Shown one piece after another: positions 63,230-64,000 of a stretch of 64,000 nt of DNA. This DNA comes from Gemmatimonas sp. (GTDB taxonomy: Bacteria > Gemmatimonadota > Gemmatimonadetes > Gemmatimonadales > Gemmatimonadaceae). The DNA lies in the NCBI GenBank assembly GCA_965279375.1, contig OZ257156.1, positions 2,560,001 through 2,624,000 on the forward strand, written 5' to 3'. Every line of letters begins with the position of its first letter. Within the stretch, counting starts at the first letter, position 1. A program made the translations under genes and the position numbers. The notes beneath the pieces were generated by a model. The model made no database searches and was not told the DNA's origin. It was given only the letters and a program-made list of their open reading frames with translations.

Positions 63230-64000
63230 ATGAGCGCCTCGCAGGTGACCGGAACGCACGCTGTTCCCGCCACGGGGCTGTGGAGGCGGCTGTGGGGCTT
63301 TGTGCGTCCGCATCGCGCCAAGCTCGTTGGCGTCGTCACGCTCAACGGCGTGGCTGCGATCGCCGACGTCTTCTCGTTCACGCTGCTGATCCCGTTCCTC
63401 AATGCGCTCTTCGGCAAGACGCAGATCATTCCCGTCTCGGGGCTGATCGGCGACCTGCTCAGCGCGACGATCGGATTCCTGTTGGTGCCCGGCGATCAGA
63501 TGGCCTCGCTGCGCAACGTGATTCTCGTTGTGCTGGTAGCGGTGGCCGTCAAGAACGCGCTCGTGTGGCTCAGTGGGCAGATCGGCGTGCAGTTGCAGGA
63601 GTACGTCGTGCGCGATCTGCGAGACCGCGTGTACGCGCACCTGCTGCGACTGCCGCTGCCGTGGTTCACGCGCAACAAGGTCGGGCAGGTGATTTCGCGC
63701 GTCCTCAACGACACCAACAACGCCAAGACGGTCGTCACCGAACTGGTCACGCGCTCGATGTGGTCGGGTGCGCAGGTGATTGCCACGATCATCGGCATGT
63801 TCGTGCTCTCGTGGAAGCTGTCGCTGGCCGCACTCGTCGTTGCGCCCGTCACGATCGGCGCGCTGCAGCCAGTGCTCCGTAAGTTGCGCAAGGGTTACCG
63901 TCGCCTCGGCAACGATCAGGGCGAGATCACGAGCCTCGTCCAGGAAGTCGTCAGCGGCGTACGTCTGATCAAGTCGTACGGCGCAGAGCCGCGCGAAGAG
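63230..64000 (+). CDS. ABC transporter permease/ATP-binding protein, MsbA-like (partial, runs off the window)
   Basis: MSASQVTG...LIPFLNALF...VRDLRDRVYAHLLRLPLPWF...GQVISRVLND...QEVVSGVRLIKSYG; open to the window end. Confidence 0.88.
   Translation, partial: MSASQVTGTHAVPATGLWRRLWGFVRPHRAKLVGVVTLNGVAAIADVFSFTLLIPFLNALFGKTQIIPVSGLIGDLLSATIGFLLVPGDQMASLRNVILVVLVAVAVKNALVWLSGQIGVQLQEYVVRDLRDRVYAHLLRLPLPWFTRNKVGQVISRVLNDTNNAKTVVTELVTRSMWSGAQVIATIIGMFVLSWKLSLAALVVAPVTIGALQPVLRKLRKGYRRLGNDQGEITSLVQEVVSGVRLIKSYGAEPREE

Overview
High-GC bacterial chromosome window, mostly housekeeping genes. Gene content and protein style (PEP-CTERM proteins, a short Bacteroidota-type sigma-70, PorX, TamAB) suggest Gemmatimonadota, for example Gemmatimonas; this is inference. 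About 58 CDS: two PEP-CTERM genes with sigma-54-like promoters, a TonB-dependent receptor, an AAA+ ATPase, ygfZ-HAD-glcFED, a glycosylation cluster (GT2, flavoenzyme, two small membrane paralogs, divergent UDP-GlcA decarboxylase), a sigma factor, aroB/pduO, a Dpp-type ABC pair split by a GGDEF gene, tamA-tamB-hybrid kinase-NlpC/P60, feoAB with a Fur-like box, lgt-tsaD-rpe-rsmB-fmt-def-yajC-tgt-queA-ruvB, a DUF3299/MacB-type ABC insert, ruvA-ruvC-yebC, a degenerate DnaB paralog, porX and a partial MsbA-like transporter. I saw no tRNA, rRNA, CRISPR array, IS or prophage. Best leads: (1) an apparently ATPase-dead DnaB paralog with a coupled partner ORF, upstream of yebC-ruvCA and divergent from porX; (2) a Zrg-like metal ABC permease with a Pro/Met repeat and His-patch insertion; (3) strong enrichment of the Bacteroidota O-glycosylation sequon D-(S/T)-(A/I/L/V/M/T) in exported proteins; (4) recurrent TAnnTT boxes 5-7 nt before start codons, suggesting leaderless mRNAs; (5) a hybrid kinase lacking the phospho-accepting His; (6) a candidate structured RNA after the TonB receptor. 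Start codons were chosen by eye and no database search was run.
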